Part shown: positions 11,534-22,381 of the stretch, in pieces | How the letters are laid out: every line of letters starts with the position of its first letter | Numbering within the stretch: position 1 is the stretch's first letter | Assembly: GCA_963847445.1 (NCBI GenBank) | Contig: CAWJZV010000033.1 | Span: forward strand, 69,485-133,484 | Direction: 5' to 3' | Length of the DNA stretch: 64,000 nt | DNA from: an uncultured delta proteobacterium | GTDB lineage: Bacteria; Desulfobacterota; Binatia; UBA9968 | The notes under the pieces: generated by a model | Seen by the model: only the letters and a program-made list of their open reading frames with translations | Told to the model about the DNA's origin: nothing | The model's database searches: none | Program-made: the position numbers and the translations under genes

Positions 11534-12196
11534 ATGGCCATCGAACTTTACTGGGGCAGCGGCAGTCCGTTCGCCTGGCGCGTCATGCTGACGCTTGAAG
11601 TGAAAGGCTTGGCTTACGAGTCGAAGCTCTTGGAGTTTTCCAAGGGCGAGCACAAAACGCCGGCTTATCTGCAACTCAATCCGCGCGGCAAGGTGCCGAC
11701 GCTCAAAGACGACGGCTTCGTGGTTTACGAGTCGTTGGCGATGATGAGCTACCTCGATCGCAAATATCCATCTCCGCCGCTGTTCGGCACCACCGCCGAG
11801 GAAACCGGATCGATTTGGCAGGCGATTTCCGAATGCGAGTCTTATTTCACCAGCGCCGGCGACAAAGTGGTTCGGCCGCTGTTCTTCGGCAAAGGCTTGG
11901 ACAAGGTCGATGAAATCCAGCAGGCGGCAGAAACCATTCGGCACGAGCTAAAGACTCTCGATCAACGGCTGGCAAGCGCCAACTGGTTAGTCGGCAACGC
12001 CATCAGCGCCGCCGACATCGCGATATTTCCGCTGATTCAACTCATACTGCGCGCGGCGGCCAAGGAGGCGGCGCAACCGTTCAATCTGCAATGGCTGCCG
12101 CTGGCGACCTATTATCCCAACCTCGCCAAATGGGTCGGACGCATCGAAGCCTTGCCCAACTATCAGCGCACTTACCCACCCCACTGGAGAGCTTAA
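11534..12196 (+). CDS. Glutathione S-transferase family protein
   Basis: LYWGSGSPFAWRV, LNPRGKVPTL, ESLAM, SAADIA; RBS aggagg. Confidence 0.93.
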   Translation: MAIELYWGSGSPFAWRVMLTLEVKGLAYESKLLEFSKGEHKTPAYLQLNPRGKVPTLKDDGFVVYESLAMMSYLDRKYPSPPLFGTTAEETGSIWQAISECESYFTSAGDKVVRPLFFGKGLDKVDEIQQAAETIRHELKTLDQRLASANWLVGNAISAADIAIFPLIQLILRAAAKEAAQPFNLQWLPLATYYPNLAKWVGRIEALPNYQRTYPPHWRA

Positions 12197-12248
12197 TATC
12201 TCTCTCGGGGACGGTCAAAATCCATGCCTGTAGGCGGAGAAAAGATTT

Positions 12249-12439
12249 GTCATGCCGGCGAAGGCCGGCATCCAGGTATTTTGCTGTAGGGGCGGGGCGC
12301 GACCCGCCCTCCGCCTGGATTCCGGCCTGCGCCGGAATGACGAAAGGAAGAGTAGTTGTAGGGTGGGTGGAGGCGCAACGCGCCGATACCCACCGTTCGG
12401 AATGATGATGGGTATCGCTAACGCTCCACCCATCCTACG
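12249..12439. repeat. Cluster of REP-type palindromes (GTCA-type dimer containing a GTAG REP, followed by a GTAG-type dimer)
   Basis: gtcatgccggcgaaggccggcatccag...gtaggggcggggcgcgacccgccct...ctggattccggcctgcgccggaatgac; then gtagggtgggtggag...ctccacccatcctac. Confidence 0.82.
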
Positions 12440-12522
12440 TCGGAATCGCAGCGCGGCAGGCTACGGGGAATTAACCGTCGGCGATTAGATAAAGTTGGCA
12501 AATACCAAAAGGAGGACAAACT

Positions 12523-12933
12523 ATGGCGACAAATTTTACCGGCGGATGTCTGTGCGGCGCGGTGCGTTATGAATGCAGCGCGGACGCGATTTTCATGGGC
12601 AATTGTCACTGTCGCGATTGCCAAAAAGCCAGCGGCGGCGCCTATGAGGCGGCCATCGGCATCCCGGCGCCTGCGCTCAAGATTACCGGCAACGTCAAAT
12701 ACCATGACAGCAAAGCCGACAGCGGCAACACCCTGAGCCGCGGCTTCTGCCCTGAATGCGGCTCTCGCTTATTCGGTAAAACCAGCGCGATGACTGATCT
12801 CGCGATGATCACGGCCGCCAGCCTCGACGATCCGAGCCAATATATGCCTCAGATGGATATTTACATTTCGAGCGCCCAGCCCTGGGATCACATGAATCCA
12901 GCCTTGCCCAAATTTGCCAAGATGCCGCTGTAA
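12523..12933 (+). CDS. GFA (CENP-V) family Zn protein
   Basis: GGCLCGAVRY, CHCRDCQK, FCPECGS. Confidence 0.95.
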   Translation: MATNFTGGCLCGAVRYECSADAIFMGNCHCRDCQKASGGAYEAAIGIPAPALKITGNVKYHDSKADSGNTLSRGFCPECGSRLFGKTSAMTDLAMITAASLDDPSQYMPQMDIYISSAQPWDHMNPALPKFAKMPL

Positions 12934-13014
12934 ATCCTGGCGATCTGAGCTATAGGAGAGTTCACGGAGTTCTGGCGAAAGAGCCGGTCCATGAACATTT
13001 TCGCGAGGTGATCG

Positions 13015-14017
13015 ATGCCGAGTCGCAATCTGCTACGCATTGTCATTGCTGTCGTCGCTGTCCACGGCGGCATAGCCTACGCCGCCGAACCAACCGGACT
13101 GCGCAAAATTCGCTCTGCGATCACCAGCATCTCCGGCAGCATGTCGCCGGCATGGGCGGCGCACGAGTCGGGGATTTTCGCCAAACATGGCCTGCAGGTC
13201 GAAGTCGTCGCCATGCCCAGCGGCTTGCAAGGCATCAATACACTGGCGGCGCGCGAAGTCGATTTCGTCCACATCGCCGGCGGCACCACCGCCGGCGCGG
13301 CGGTCGGCGGCCTGGACGTAAAAATCATCGCCACGCTGGTCGGTACTCTGGTGCTCAATCTGGTGGTTCGCCCCGAGATCGAAAAGCCGGAGCAGCTGCG
13401 CGGCAAAAGCATCGGCATCAGCCGCTACGGCACCTCGCTGCATACCGGCGCGCGCATCGCCCTGCGCCACTTCGGCATGGAAGGCGGCAAAGACGTCGCC
13501 ATCGCCGAGATCGGCGCGGGCGAATGGATCGTCAGTGCGATCCAGGGCGGCCGCATTCACGGCGGCGTGTTCGGCTATCCGGCGACATCACGCGCGCTCA
13601 AGCTCGGCAATCGCCTGATGCTGCATCTGCCGACGCTCAACATCGCCTACGCCGCCAACGGCGTATCGACCCGCGGCGAAATCATCCGCAACGATCCCGA
13701 CCTGGTCCGGCGTTATCTCTCCGCCGTCATCGAAGCGAGCGCCCTGATGAAGAAAGACCGCGCCTTTTCCTTCAATGTTCTTGCGCAAATACTTGCGCAC
13801 CGACGACGCCGATCTGTTGACCGAAACCTATGACGTGCAGATCATAAAATATCTGCTGAAAATCCCGCTGCCGACAGTGGACGCCGTCAGGTCGGTGGTC
13901 GAGGAGCTTGCCGAGCGCAATCCCAAAGCCAAGGACCAAGATCCAAGCCGATTTTTCGACGACCGCTTCGTCCGGCAGTTGGAAGCCAACGGCTTCATCG
14001 ACACCGTTTACCGTTGA
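13015..14017 (+). CDS. NMT1/THI5-like ABC substrate-binding protein (frameshift near 13780)
   Basis: GIFAKHGLQVEVV, QLRGKSIGISRYG; C-terminus RFFDDRFVRQLEANGFID in another frame. Confidence 0.85.
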
Positions 14018-14035
14018 GACCATCCAGGATCTGCA

Positions 14036-15016
14036 ATGTTACGACGATGGAAATTTTTTAAAGCGGCGGGCGCGGCGGGATTGGCCACGCTGCTCCTCAG
14101 CGCGCCGGCCCAGCCGGCGGAAAGAGCCAAACTCACCATCGGCTATTCCAGCACCGGTCCCACCGCGGTCGGCCTGTGGACCGCCAAGGAGATCGGTGCG
14201 TTCAGCAAATACGGCGTCGAGCCCAACTTTGTTTTTATTTCATCGAGCCCGGTGATGGTGCCGGCGCTGATCGGCGGCGACGTCCAGTGCGCCGTCGCCG
14301 GCGCCAACGCGGTGATCGCCGCCGCCCTCGGCGGCGCGCCGATTGTCGCCATCGCCAGCCTGGCCAACCGGCCTTACTTGCGGCTGTGGGCACAGACGGA
14401 GTACCAGCGCGTCGAAGAGCTGCGCGGCAAAACCTTTGGCGTGTCGCGCTTCGGCGCCACCACCGACAATCTGACGCGCATCTTGCTGCGCCGCGTCGGC
14501 CTGGAAAATGCCGTCACAATTCGCCAGTTGGGCGGCACCCTCGAAGTCGGCCTGGCCTTTCGCCACCGCCAGATCGATGCCGCCGTGCTGGCGACCTTGC
14601 GCACCGATGTGCCGCATCGAATATTGCTCGAGCTCGCGGACACCGGCATTCAGTATTCCATGGGCCAACTGGTGGTGTCGCGGGAGTTTCAACGGCGTGC
14701 GCCGGAGACGCTGGAAAGGATTCTGCGGGCCTATATCGAAGGTGTCGCGGCGCTGCGCGATCCGAGCCAAAAAGATCGCGTGACCAAAGCCATCGCCTTC
14801 TATAGCCGGCTCAAAGAAGCCAAAGCGATCGAAGAAATTTACGCCGACGCGGCCAAATACGTCGACCGCGTCCCGCGCGTGGAGCCGGAGGCGGTCGCCG
14901 CCAGTCTCGACTTCATGGGCAAGAAAGGCCAGCCCATCGAATCCTTCGCCGATAATTCCATCGTCGACAAACTCGTGCGCGAAGGGTTCATCGAGCAAGC
15001 CTACAAGAAGCGTTAA
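14036..15016 (+). CDS. NMT1/THI5-like ABC substrate-binding protein
   Basis: Signal peptide, IGYSS, ELRGKTFGVSRFG, FADNSIVDKLVREGFI. Confidence 0.88.
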   Translation: MLRRWKFFKAAGAAGLATLLLSAPAQPAERAKLTIGYSSTGPTAVGLWTAKEIGAFSKYGVEPNFVFISSSPVMVPALIGGDVQCAVAGANAVIAAALGGAPIVAIASLANRPYLRLWAQTEYQRVEELRGKTFGVSRFGATTDNLTRILLRRVGLENAVTIRQLGGTLEVGLAFRHRQIDAAVLATLRTDVPHRILLELADTGIQYSMGQLVVSREFQRRAPETLERILRAYIEGVAALRDPSQKDRVTKAIAFYSRLKEAKAIEEIYADAAKYVDRVPRVEPEAVAASLDFMGKKGQPIESFADNSIVDKLVREGFIEQAYKKR

Positions 15017-15082
15017 AGAATACCGAGAAGACCCCAGCGGATAGGGACCGTCCAAAGCGGCGAACGGATAGGCGCCGCGACA

Positions 15083-16703
15083 TCAGTTTCGCACGGCGAA
15101 TGTAATCGACTGACTCCCACCGGCGGCCCCGCCGCCGTCCATCGCGGCAAATGGTGTCGCGGTAAGCGTATGGCTGCCCGTACTGAGGCCGAATGGAAGA
15201 TAATCACCCGCAGGACTATCTCGCAGCGAGAGCGTAGGGAGCGACATTCTCCGTTTGGATGGATGGCGTGTCATCGTACCCGAAGACCACGCTTCCGACT
15301 CCGCCCGTCACCACAGCCCGGATGGACAACTCAGCCGGCAGCTCGGACAGCACCAGCGTGTCTCCGTGGAGCACCGGACGGATGTCGGTATTCGATGCCG
15401 CATTGACGAGAGTAAAACCTGTCACGAATGCATTCGTGCTCGTCACCTCGACCGCACCCATATCGCACCGGCCCCCGCCTTGCGGCCTGGGGACCCCTCT
15501 CTGATCTCGTACCTCACAGCCGTCTGCGGCAGGGGGTGGGAACTGGTAGCCCACCTCAAGGACGGGACTATTCGCCGCCGGAAGATGCGTCTGCGCGGGG
15601 CCGCCATTGTTCGCCAAGGGTCCGAGCAGAGGATCGACATTCAGCAGGAAGGTCGACACGAAGGAAGGAATCGTGCACTCATTGCTGTCTCCGATCAGAT
15701 TATACTTGCTATCACCACTTAACTCTCCCACACAGTCATTGGGGCCGACGCCGCCGTGATTTCCGGCAATGATACTGTTTTTCACAACGGTGGTCTTGCC
15801 ATTGCCGATTTGGATGCCGCCGCCACGATTGGCTCCCGCATTGTCTCCAACACCGGTATTGTTCGTGATCGTCACGTTATAGAGCACGGCAAATCCCTCC
15901 TGGGAGATTCCCCCGGTCCCCGCCTGGTCTGAATGGGCAATGTTGCCGCTGACGGTCACATTACGAAGATTCATCTGTCCTGAATTGCGGATCCCTCCAG
16001 CCCGATTTGAATTGTTATTAGCAATCGTAGAGTCATACACCCACAGTTCACCCTGATTCCAAATGCCGCCGCCAAACGCGCCGGTGGCGAAATTGTCGGT
16101 AATCGCACTCTTCCGCATTGTGAGCTTCGCACCATTAACAACGTAAAGACCGCCTCCCCCGGTAACGGCCTCGTTCTGTCGAATAACCAGGTTACTGAAT
16201 TCGGAAGTACCGGCATCGATTCGAATCCCTCCTCCGCCGCTACTGTTGCCTCCCTGTACAGTGACGTGATTAAGTTCGAGGCCCTCGCTTTGGACGTAAA
16301 ACACAATATGGGCATGGTTGCCATCGATGATGGTGGTGGCGGCACCGGCACCCTGAATCTTGACGCCGTCCGTGATTGCCAGATGCCCTCCACCCGCTGC
16401 CACAGGCAGGGTGAGCTGATAGAGTCCACTAGGGACTTCGATAGTGTCTTTCCACACCGAGGCATTCGATTCCATGACAGCAGCCCTGAGCGTACACAGG
16501 CCGCCCGGCGCTCCAGCCTCGGTACCAGGTGGGACCGCCCGCGCGCACGTGCGATCACCGGGAGTCGCATCCGGCGCATCCAACAGGCTATCCACTCGAT
16601 AGGTCATGCAGGCGCTCATGAGCAAGGGCAAGAGGACAACCGTAGACGCGGTACGCCGTCCGAGGTCCCTCCACGATTGAATCGACGGCAAGAAGCGACC
16701 CAT
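15083..16703 (-). CDS. CSLREA / choice-of-anchor Q beta-helix surface lipoprotein (frameshift near 15220)
   Basis: RBS aggagg before ATG 16703; lipobox LMSAC; CTLRAA motif; GGGI repeats; DPLLGPLANNGG...DQRG..R....CDMGAVE; extra C-terminal domain ends in ORF 15083-15274. Confidence 0.85.
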
Positions 16704-16863
16704 GGGTAACCTCCTAGGAAGAAGTATGTTGCATAGGAAATCTAAACACCCTTTTCTTTGACGGGATTTATAACCGCCACCCTGCTGTCGACAAGAACAA
16801 TTCGCCATGTGTGTGTAACCTCTTGTCACCAAGCTGAAAGTATCCTTCTTGTTTCTTGAACAC

Positions 16864-16879
16864 AGCAACCACCGTGCCA
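16864..16879 (-). promoter_or_regulatory. Sigma-54 (-24/-12) promoter upstream of the CSLREA gene
   Basis: Minus strand TGGCACGGTGGTTGCT, matching TGGCACG-N4-TTGCW. Confidence 0.7.
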
Positions 16880-17354
16880 TGAGCCTCACGTCAAATAGTT
16901 CGCCCGAATTCCTGCGAATATGAAAAGAAAATCGACCAAAAACGACGAGTGTGTATTGAATGACGCGCAGGGCAGGGCTCTGGCTGTATACGAATAGATA
17001 CGCTGCCGCAACTTTCGTTACTAGCGAACTGTTAACGAGCGTGTCGTCCCCACGCTGCATCAATCTCTGAGTTCTTTACTAAAAGGTGCATTGAAAACAT
17101 GAGAGAACGCTTGCGTGGTTGTTAAAGCGTTTGGAATAGATCGATTCGCTGCGACGGCGCGCCCTGCGCTGAGCGTGATCGTGAGTGGGGTTGGGGTCAG
17201 GGTTTAGGTCACCCATTAGCCGGCAAGTCAAGATGATTATCAGGCATGAGTTGTGCGTTATTCTGCACGAGTGGACGAAAGCATTTTATACTTTTGCCGG
17301 CAAGTTTGAGGAGCCGGCCCTGCTGAAGCAGTACGACTGACGGCACGGCTTCGC

Positions 17355-17982
17355 TCACTGCTGCCTGCGCAACAGATTTTTCTCGGCGAGCGACTTTACC
17401 ACCGCTTCGACGGTGCTTTTGATCGCGGTTCGCCCGCCGTCCGTCTCGCTGGTTTTGGTCGTGCCGCTCCAGACCACCTCGTTCTTGGCGATATCGTGCA
17501 GCGCCGTTTCCGCAGTGTACTCATTGACACGGTAAGCGCTCGGCGCCCCGCCGAGGCCGGACCAGCTGGCGCCGACATTGGAACCGAAGACACCGAATGA
17601 AATCGGCGGGGCAAACGAGCCACTGTATTGCGTCATCTCCTCGACCCTGACCAAGCGCGTCAATATCAGCGCATCCACGCCGGCCTTGCGCGCGGCATCT
17701 CTGAGCCTATTCTCATCGGCATCGCTGCCTTCGGGGATGTAGCGGTAGCTCGCCACGCCATCAGCGCCGGCAGCACGCAGCTGGAAATATGAATTCATCT
17801 TCGAAGTTGCGCCGCGTGCTGACATCTCCACCCAAACCGCCGATCATGATCCTTGAGAACGAAGCCGAAGCATAGGCCGGATTGCGCCATTCACTCATGA
17901 CGATCGGCGTCGTCGTTGAACAGCCGGCAACCAGAAGCCCGATAAGCAAACTCGCGGCGCAATAGAGTGACGAGGTTTTCAT
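17355..17982 (-). CDS. Conserved hypothetical lipoprotein (frameshift near 17785)
   Basis: Lipobox LVAGC, WRNPAY, RRNFEDEF, then GVDALILTRLV...VWSGTT. Confidence 0.7.
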
Positions 17983-18207
17983 TCTGTAACCCTCCTTAAT
18001 CGGAAACGCTCGAAGATCGAACCGCCTTGCCGGGGAAAATACCGGCTACAAGCCATCTTAGCAGTCCATGAGAATTTTTCGATAGCGCCGCCGCGTCTTC
18101 GACTTGACGCCCTGATCTCAGTCGCCATATAAACAGAGTTAGCGATTAAAGGGCAGCGGGTCGTTTCCCAGATCGCTATCTCCAGTCGCTTCTAAAAAGG
18201 AGGATTT

Positions 18208-19230
18208 ATGTCCAATAACTACGTCGATGCCGACGGCCATGTCATGGAGAATGCCGAAGACATCCTGACTTTCGTCAAGGCGCCTTACAACAACCGCGGC
18301 ACCAGAAATTGGATACCGAGCCTGGACAACTTTCACACGCCGGCCGACGGCACGCCGCGCACGCCGGGCACTTTCGATCCCAACACCGGACCGGAGCAAT
18401 GGCTGCAATTCTTAGAGAAGACCGGCACCGAATACACGGTGCTCTACCCCACCGCGGGCTTGGCCTACGGCAACGTCGCTTATCCGACCTGGGCGCTGGC
18501 CTATGCCCAGGCGTACAACGATTACATTCACGCGCGCTATCTGAAGCGCAGCGACAAATTTCAAGCCGTTTCGCTGATCCCGATGCAAAATGTTCCCGAC
18601 GCCGTCAGCGAGCTGCGCCGCTCGGTCAAAGAGTTGGGCTTCATGGGCGCGATGATTCCATCCAACGGTCTCACCCGCCATGTCAGCCACGAGGAGTACT
18701 GGCCGATCTACCAAGAGGCGGAGAAACTCAACTGTGTCATGGCCGTGCATGGCGGCAGCTACATCAATTTGGGCTTCAACAGCTACACGGTTTTTCCCGC
18801 GACCCGCGCGCTGGGCATGCCCTTTCCCCTCGCCATCGCCATGACCGGCATGATGGTCGACGGCGTGTTCGACCGCTTTCCCAAGTTGCGCGTTGGCTTC
18901 ATGGAAGGCGGGACGGCGTGGATACCGCTGGTCATCGACCGGCTCGAGCGCGAGCTCGAATACGGCGGCTTGAAACTCAAGCGCCATCCCATCGATTATT
19001 TCAAAGACGACCGCATCTTCGTCGGCTGCGAAGGCAATGAGAAGGCGCTCGCCTATGCCATCGATCGGGTCGGTTCGAAACCATTCATGTTCGCCTCGGA
19101 CTTCCCCCATGAAATCTCCATGAGTAACTGCATGGAGGAAATTGACGAAGTGCTGGAGCGCGACGATCTCAAGAAAGAACACAAGACCGCGATCCTCGGC
19201 GACAACGCCCGGCGCTTTTACGGCCGGTGA
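18208..19230 (+). CDS. Amidohydrolase family protein (Amidohydro_2)
   Basis: DADGH, VLYPT, AYNDY, AVH, FPKLRVGFMEGG, ASDFPH. Confidence 0.92.
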   Translation: MSNNYVDADGHVMENAEDILTFVKAPYNNRGTRNWIPSLDNFHTPADGTPRTPGTFDPNTGPEQWLQFLEKTGTEYTVLYPTAGLAYGNVAYPTWALAYAQAYNDYIHARYLKRSDKFQAVSLIPMQNVPDAVSELRRSVKELGFMGAMIPSNGLTRHVSHEEYWPIYQEAEKLNCVMAVHGGSYINLGFNSYTVFPATRALGMPFPLAIAMTGMMVDGVFDRFPKLRVGFMEGGTAWIPLVIDRLERELEYGGLKLKRHPIDYFKDDRIFVGCEGNEKALAYAIDRVGSKPFMFASDFPHEISMSNCMEEIDEVLERDDLKKEHKTAILGDNARRFYGR

Positions 19231-19246
19231 GAAAACGGAGTTTGCT

Positions 19247-20044
19247 ATGTTTGCACAGATTAAACACGCCGCGATTTACACCCAGAATCCCCAGAACGCG
19301 ATCGCTTTTTACGAGAAAATCCTCGGCATGAAACGAATCACCAGCGCGGTGACCGAAAACAATCGCGGTCACATCAGCGATGGTTTGATCGGCCTCGCTG
19401 TGTTAGCCAGGCGTCCCGGGATTCCCGCGGGGCTGGATCATTTCGGCTTCGAAGTCGACGATGTCGACAGCGCCCGCCAGCGCATAAAAAAGCATTACCC
19501 CCAAGCGATCATTACCAAAGGATTGGAGAAAGTTCCCTTCGCGCTGTTTCGCAGCCATGATCCGGCCGGCGCCCAGTTCGATATTTCCGAGCGCACCGAC
19601 CCCAAGGTCAGAGAAGGCTACAAAGAAGCCGGCTGGGACCAAGCGCGCCAGTTCAACCATGTCGTCATCCGCGCCCATGAGCCGGCGGCGGTGGCCAATT
19701 TCTACCAAGAAGTATTCGAGCTCTTCGAGGTCAAAGAACCGCCCTTGGGCGAAACGGTTTGTTTGAGCGACGGCAAGGTGCGCCTGCTGATCCAGCCGAC
19801 CAATGACAATTCCTACATGAGCATGCGCCAAGGCCTCGATCACATCGGTTACCAGGTCGAGAGCATTGAACAGACAAAAAAGGATCTCGCAGCGCTAGCG
19901 GTTTCAGCGCCGGCGTCGGCGCCGAGAGACATCGCCGGCGGCATCTTCGGCCACCTCACCCAGCGCGACATGGACGGCTGCAAGATCGGCCAGTACGCGA
20001 CCTCAGACCCCGACGGCGTCGTGCTCGACTTTTCCGAGGCTTGA
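19247..20044 (+). CDS. Two-domain VOC/glyoxalase family protein
   Basis: IKHAAI, GLDHFGFEV, DPAG; FNHVVI, GLDHIGYQV, DPDG; ATG at 19247 after ggag. Confidence 0.85.
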   Translation: MFAQIKHAAIYTQNPQNAIAFYEKILGMKRITSAVTENNRGHISDGLIGLAVLARRPGIPAGLDHFGFEVDDVDSARQRIKKHYPQAIITKGLEKVPFALFRSHDPAGAQFDISERTDPKVREGYKEAGWDQARQFNHVVIRAHEPAAVANFYQEVFELFEVKEPPLGETVCLSDGKVRLLIQPTNDNSYMSMRQGLDHIGYQVESIEQTKKDLAALAVSAPASAPRDIAGGIFGHLTQRDMDGCKIGQYATSDPDGVVLDFSEA

Positions 20045-20071
20045 TGACAGCCGACCGGCGATGGTTCAACA

Positions 20072-21112
20072 TTGCGAATAAAAAGCGATCACGGGCAGTC
20101 TCCGAATACCTCCCTTTGTAAAGGGAGATTTGGCGGGATTTTGAAACCTAGGCGAACGCCTCGAAGCGAAAAACTAGTCGCGCTCATTCTCTTCACCGCG
20201 TTCATTCACGCCGTCCCGGCGGCGGCGCAAAAGCTGACGCAGATTCACATCGGCGTGCCGACCAACACCGTCACCTGGTTTCCCCTCTACGTCGCTTGGA
20301 AGAAAGGCATCTTCCAGGAGCAGGGCATCGAGCTGTTGCCCGTGACCATGTCGGTGCGCGCCTCGCTAGGCGCGCTGGCGTCGCGCCATATCTCCTACAT
20401 CACGCCGCTCGGCTCATCGATGACGGCGATCGCCAATGGTCTGCCGGCCAAAGTGATCATGATCTTCGCGGTGCGCTCGCATCATGTGCTGGTGGCAAAA
20501 CGCGATATCGCCACGCCCGGCGCGCTGCGCGGCCGCGGCGTCGCCATCAGCCAGCCGGGCGGCACCGTGCACCGGCAGTTTTTGAAAATTCTTGAGCACT
20601 ACAGGGTCGACGCCAAAAGCATCAACATGATCAACCTGGGCGAGATGCCAAGCCGTGCTCTCGCGCTCAAAGCCGGCACCATCGACGCGGCGATGTTGAG
20701 CGTGCCCTACGATCTGTTCATGGAAAAGGACGGTTTTCGGCCGCTCGCGTACATGAAAGACGTTGCCGAGTTTCCCCTGCTCGGCCTGATCGCCCACGAC
20801 GAACGCATGCGCGAACGGCCCGACGAAGTCAAAAGAGTTCTGACCGCCGCGCTCAAAGGCATCGCTTACACCAAAAGCCATCGCGAAGAAGTCCTGCCGC
20901 TGCTCAAACAGTTCGTCGGCCTGCCGGACATCGACATGACGAGAAAAACCTTTGACGTGATCAAAGATCTCTGGCCGGACAACGGCATCCCTTCCGACAA
21001 GGGGCTGGCCACAGCTCTGACGATGGCCGACGTTCCGGCGAATATTCCGGCCGACAAGATCGTCGATTGGTCGCCGGTCAATGACGCCGCGCTGTCTTTG
21101 AAATTTCGATAG
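20072..21112 (+). CDS. NMT1/THI5-like ABC substrate-binding protein (start uncertain)
   Basis: Hydrophobic signal segment, PLYVAWKKGIFQEQGIE, LRGRGVAISQPG. Confidence 0.85.
   Translation: MRIKSDHGQSPNTSLCKGRFGGILKPRRTPRSEKLVALILFTAFIHAVPAAAQKLTQIHIGVPTNTVTWFPLYVAWKKGIFQEQGIELLPVTMSVRASLGALASRHISYITPLGSSMTAIANGLPAKVIMIFAVRSHHVLVAKRDIATPGALRGRGVAISQPGGTVHRQFLKILEHYRVDAKSINMINLGEMPSRALALKAGTIDAAMLSVPYDLFMEKDGFRPLAYMKDVAEFPLLGLIAHDERMRERPDEVKRVLTAALKGIAYTKSHREEVLPLLKQFVGLPDIDMTRKTFDVIKDLWPDNGIPSDKGLATALTMADVPANIPADKIVDWSPVNDAALSLKFR
20097..20141. repeat. CCCTTT/AAAGGG REP-like hairpin
   Basis: ctccctttgtaaagggag...gggattt within the 5' end of the SBP ORF. Confidence 0.5.
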
Positions 21113-21167
21113 AATGATTGTCTACTGTTAGCGAATCTGATCGGATCATAGTCCAGAGGAAAAACCC

Positions 21168-22304
21168 ATGGCCGAAACATTATTGCTCGATGCCGATTCC
21201 CATGTCAGCGAACCGTTGAATTTATGGCAGGAACGTCTGCCGCAAAAGTATCGCGACATCGCGCCGCACATGGAGACCAAATATCAGGGCCAGCCCGGCG
21301 CCTGGTGGCATATCGAACCGGATCGCCAGCCGCACAACGTGATCTTGGGTTTCGGCGCGAACAAGTCGATGGAAGAGCTGCAAAAACTGCTGGAAGGCTT
21401 CTCCTACGCCGGCGCCCATCGCGGCGGCTGGGACCCGGCGCAGCGCTTGAAAGACATGGACCAGGACGGCGTCACCGGCGATGTGCTCTACACGACTCTG
21501 GGCTTTCGCATGTTTTGGATCAAGGACGCCGGTTTTCAACGCGCTTGCTTTCAGGTCTACAACGACTGGTTAGCCGAGTTTTGCGCCCACTCGCCCAAGC
21601 GTTTGAAAGGGCTGGCGCTGATCTCGCTCTACGATCCGCAGCAAGCGGCGAAGGACCTGGCCGAATGCGCGAAGAAAGGGCTTGCCGGCGCGATCATCTG
21701 GGCCTCGCCGCCCGAGGAGCTGCCGTTTCACTCGGACAGCTACGACCCGTTTTGGGCCGCGGCGCAGGAACTCAAGATGCCGCTCAGCCTCCATGAGTTC
21801 GCCGGCTTCCAGTGGGTCGACTGGGACTCCAACTCGAAGAAGCGCACCATTGCCCAAGCGATCAATTCTCATGAAGTTGAGCAAACCTTTTCGACGTTGA
21901 TCATATCCGGCGTGCTCGAGCGCTTTCCCGCGCTCAAGGTAGTTTCGGCGGAGTTGAATTGCGGCTGGCTGCCTTTTTTTCTGCACCGCATCGACGAGCG
22001 CTTCGATCACCGCGGCATCCGCTTCCGCGGCACGCCCTTCGCCACCAAGCTGACGCTCAAGCCGAGCGACTATTTTCGCCGCCAGCTCTACGCGACCTTT
22101 ATCGACGACACCTTCGGCCTCGCCCTGCGGGAAAACATCGGCGTAGAAAACATTCTCTGGTCCTCGGACTTTCCCCATAGCGCGACCTTCTGGCCCAAGT
22201 CGCGGGAGAAAATCGCCGCGGATTTCCGAAACATCGGCGCCCAGGACAGCGAAAAAATTCTTTGCCGGAATACCGCGGCGCTCTACGGTTTTGATCTCCC
22301 CTGA
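21168..22304 (+). CDS. Amidohydrolase family protein (Amidohydro_2)
   Basis: DADSHVSEP, RLKDMDQDGV, YDPFWAAA, LSLH, SSDFPH. Confidence 0.92.
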   Translation: MAETLLLDADSHVSEPLNLWQERLPQKYRDIAPHMETKYQGQPGAWWHIEPDRQPHNVILGFGANKSMEELQKLLEGFSYAGAHRGGWDPAQRLKDMDQDGVTGDVLYTTLGFRMFWIKDAGFQRACFQVYNDWLAEFCAHSPKRLKGLALISLYDPQQAAKDLAECAKKGLAGAIIWASPPEELPFHSDSYDPFWAAAQELKMPLSLHEFAGFQWVDWDSNSKKRTIAQAINSHEVEQTFSTLIISGVLERFPALKVVSAELNCGWLPFFLHRIDERFDHRGIRFRGTPFATKLTLKPSDYFRRQLYATFIDDTFGLALRENIGVENILWSSDFPHSATFWPKSREKIAADFRNIGAQDSEKILCRNTAALYGFDLP

Positions 22305-22381
22305 GTTGAATCTCGACTGCCCGACGGGATAAAAAGGAATTTAACATTACCCGCTAACTTATCACCAAGAGGAGAAAAGAC

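Noticed and set aside
16704-17063. 120-aa N-terminal extension of the CSLREA ORF in the ORF track
   Set aside because: Strong RBS and lipoprotein signal at 16703 and a sigma-54 promoter inside the extension indicate it is non-coding
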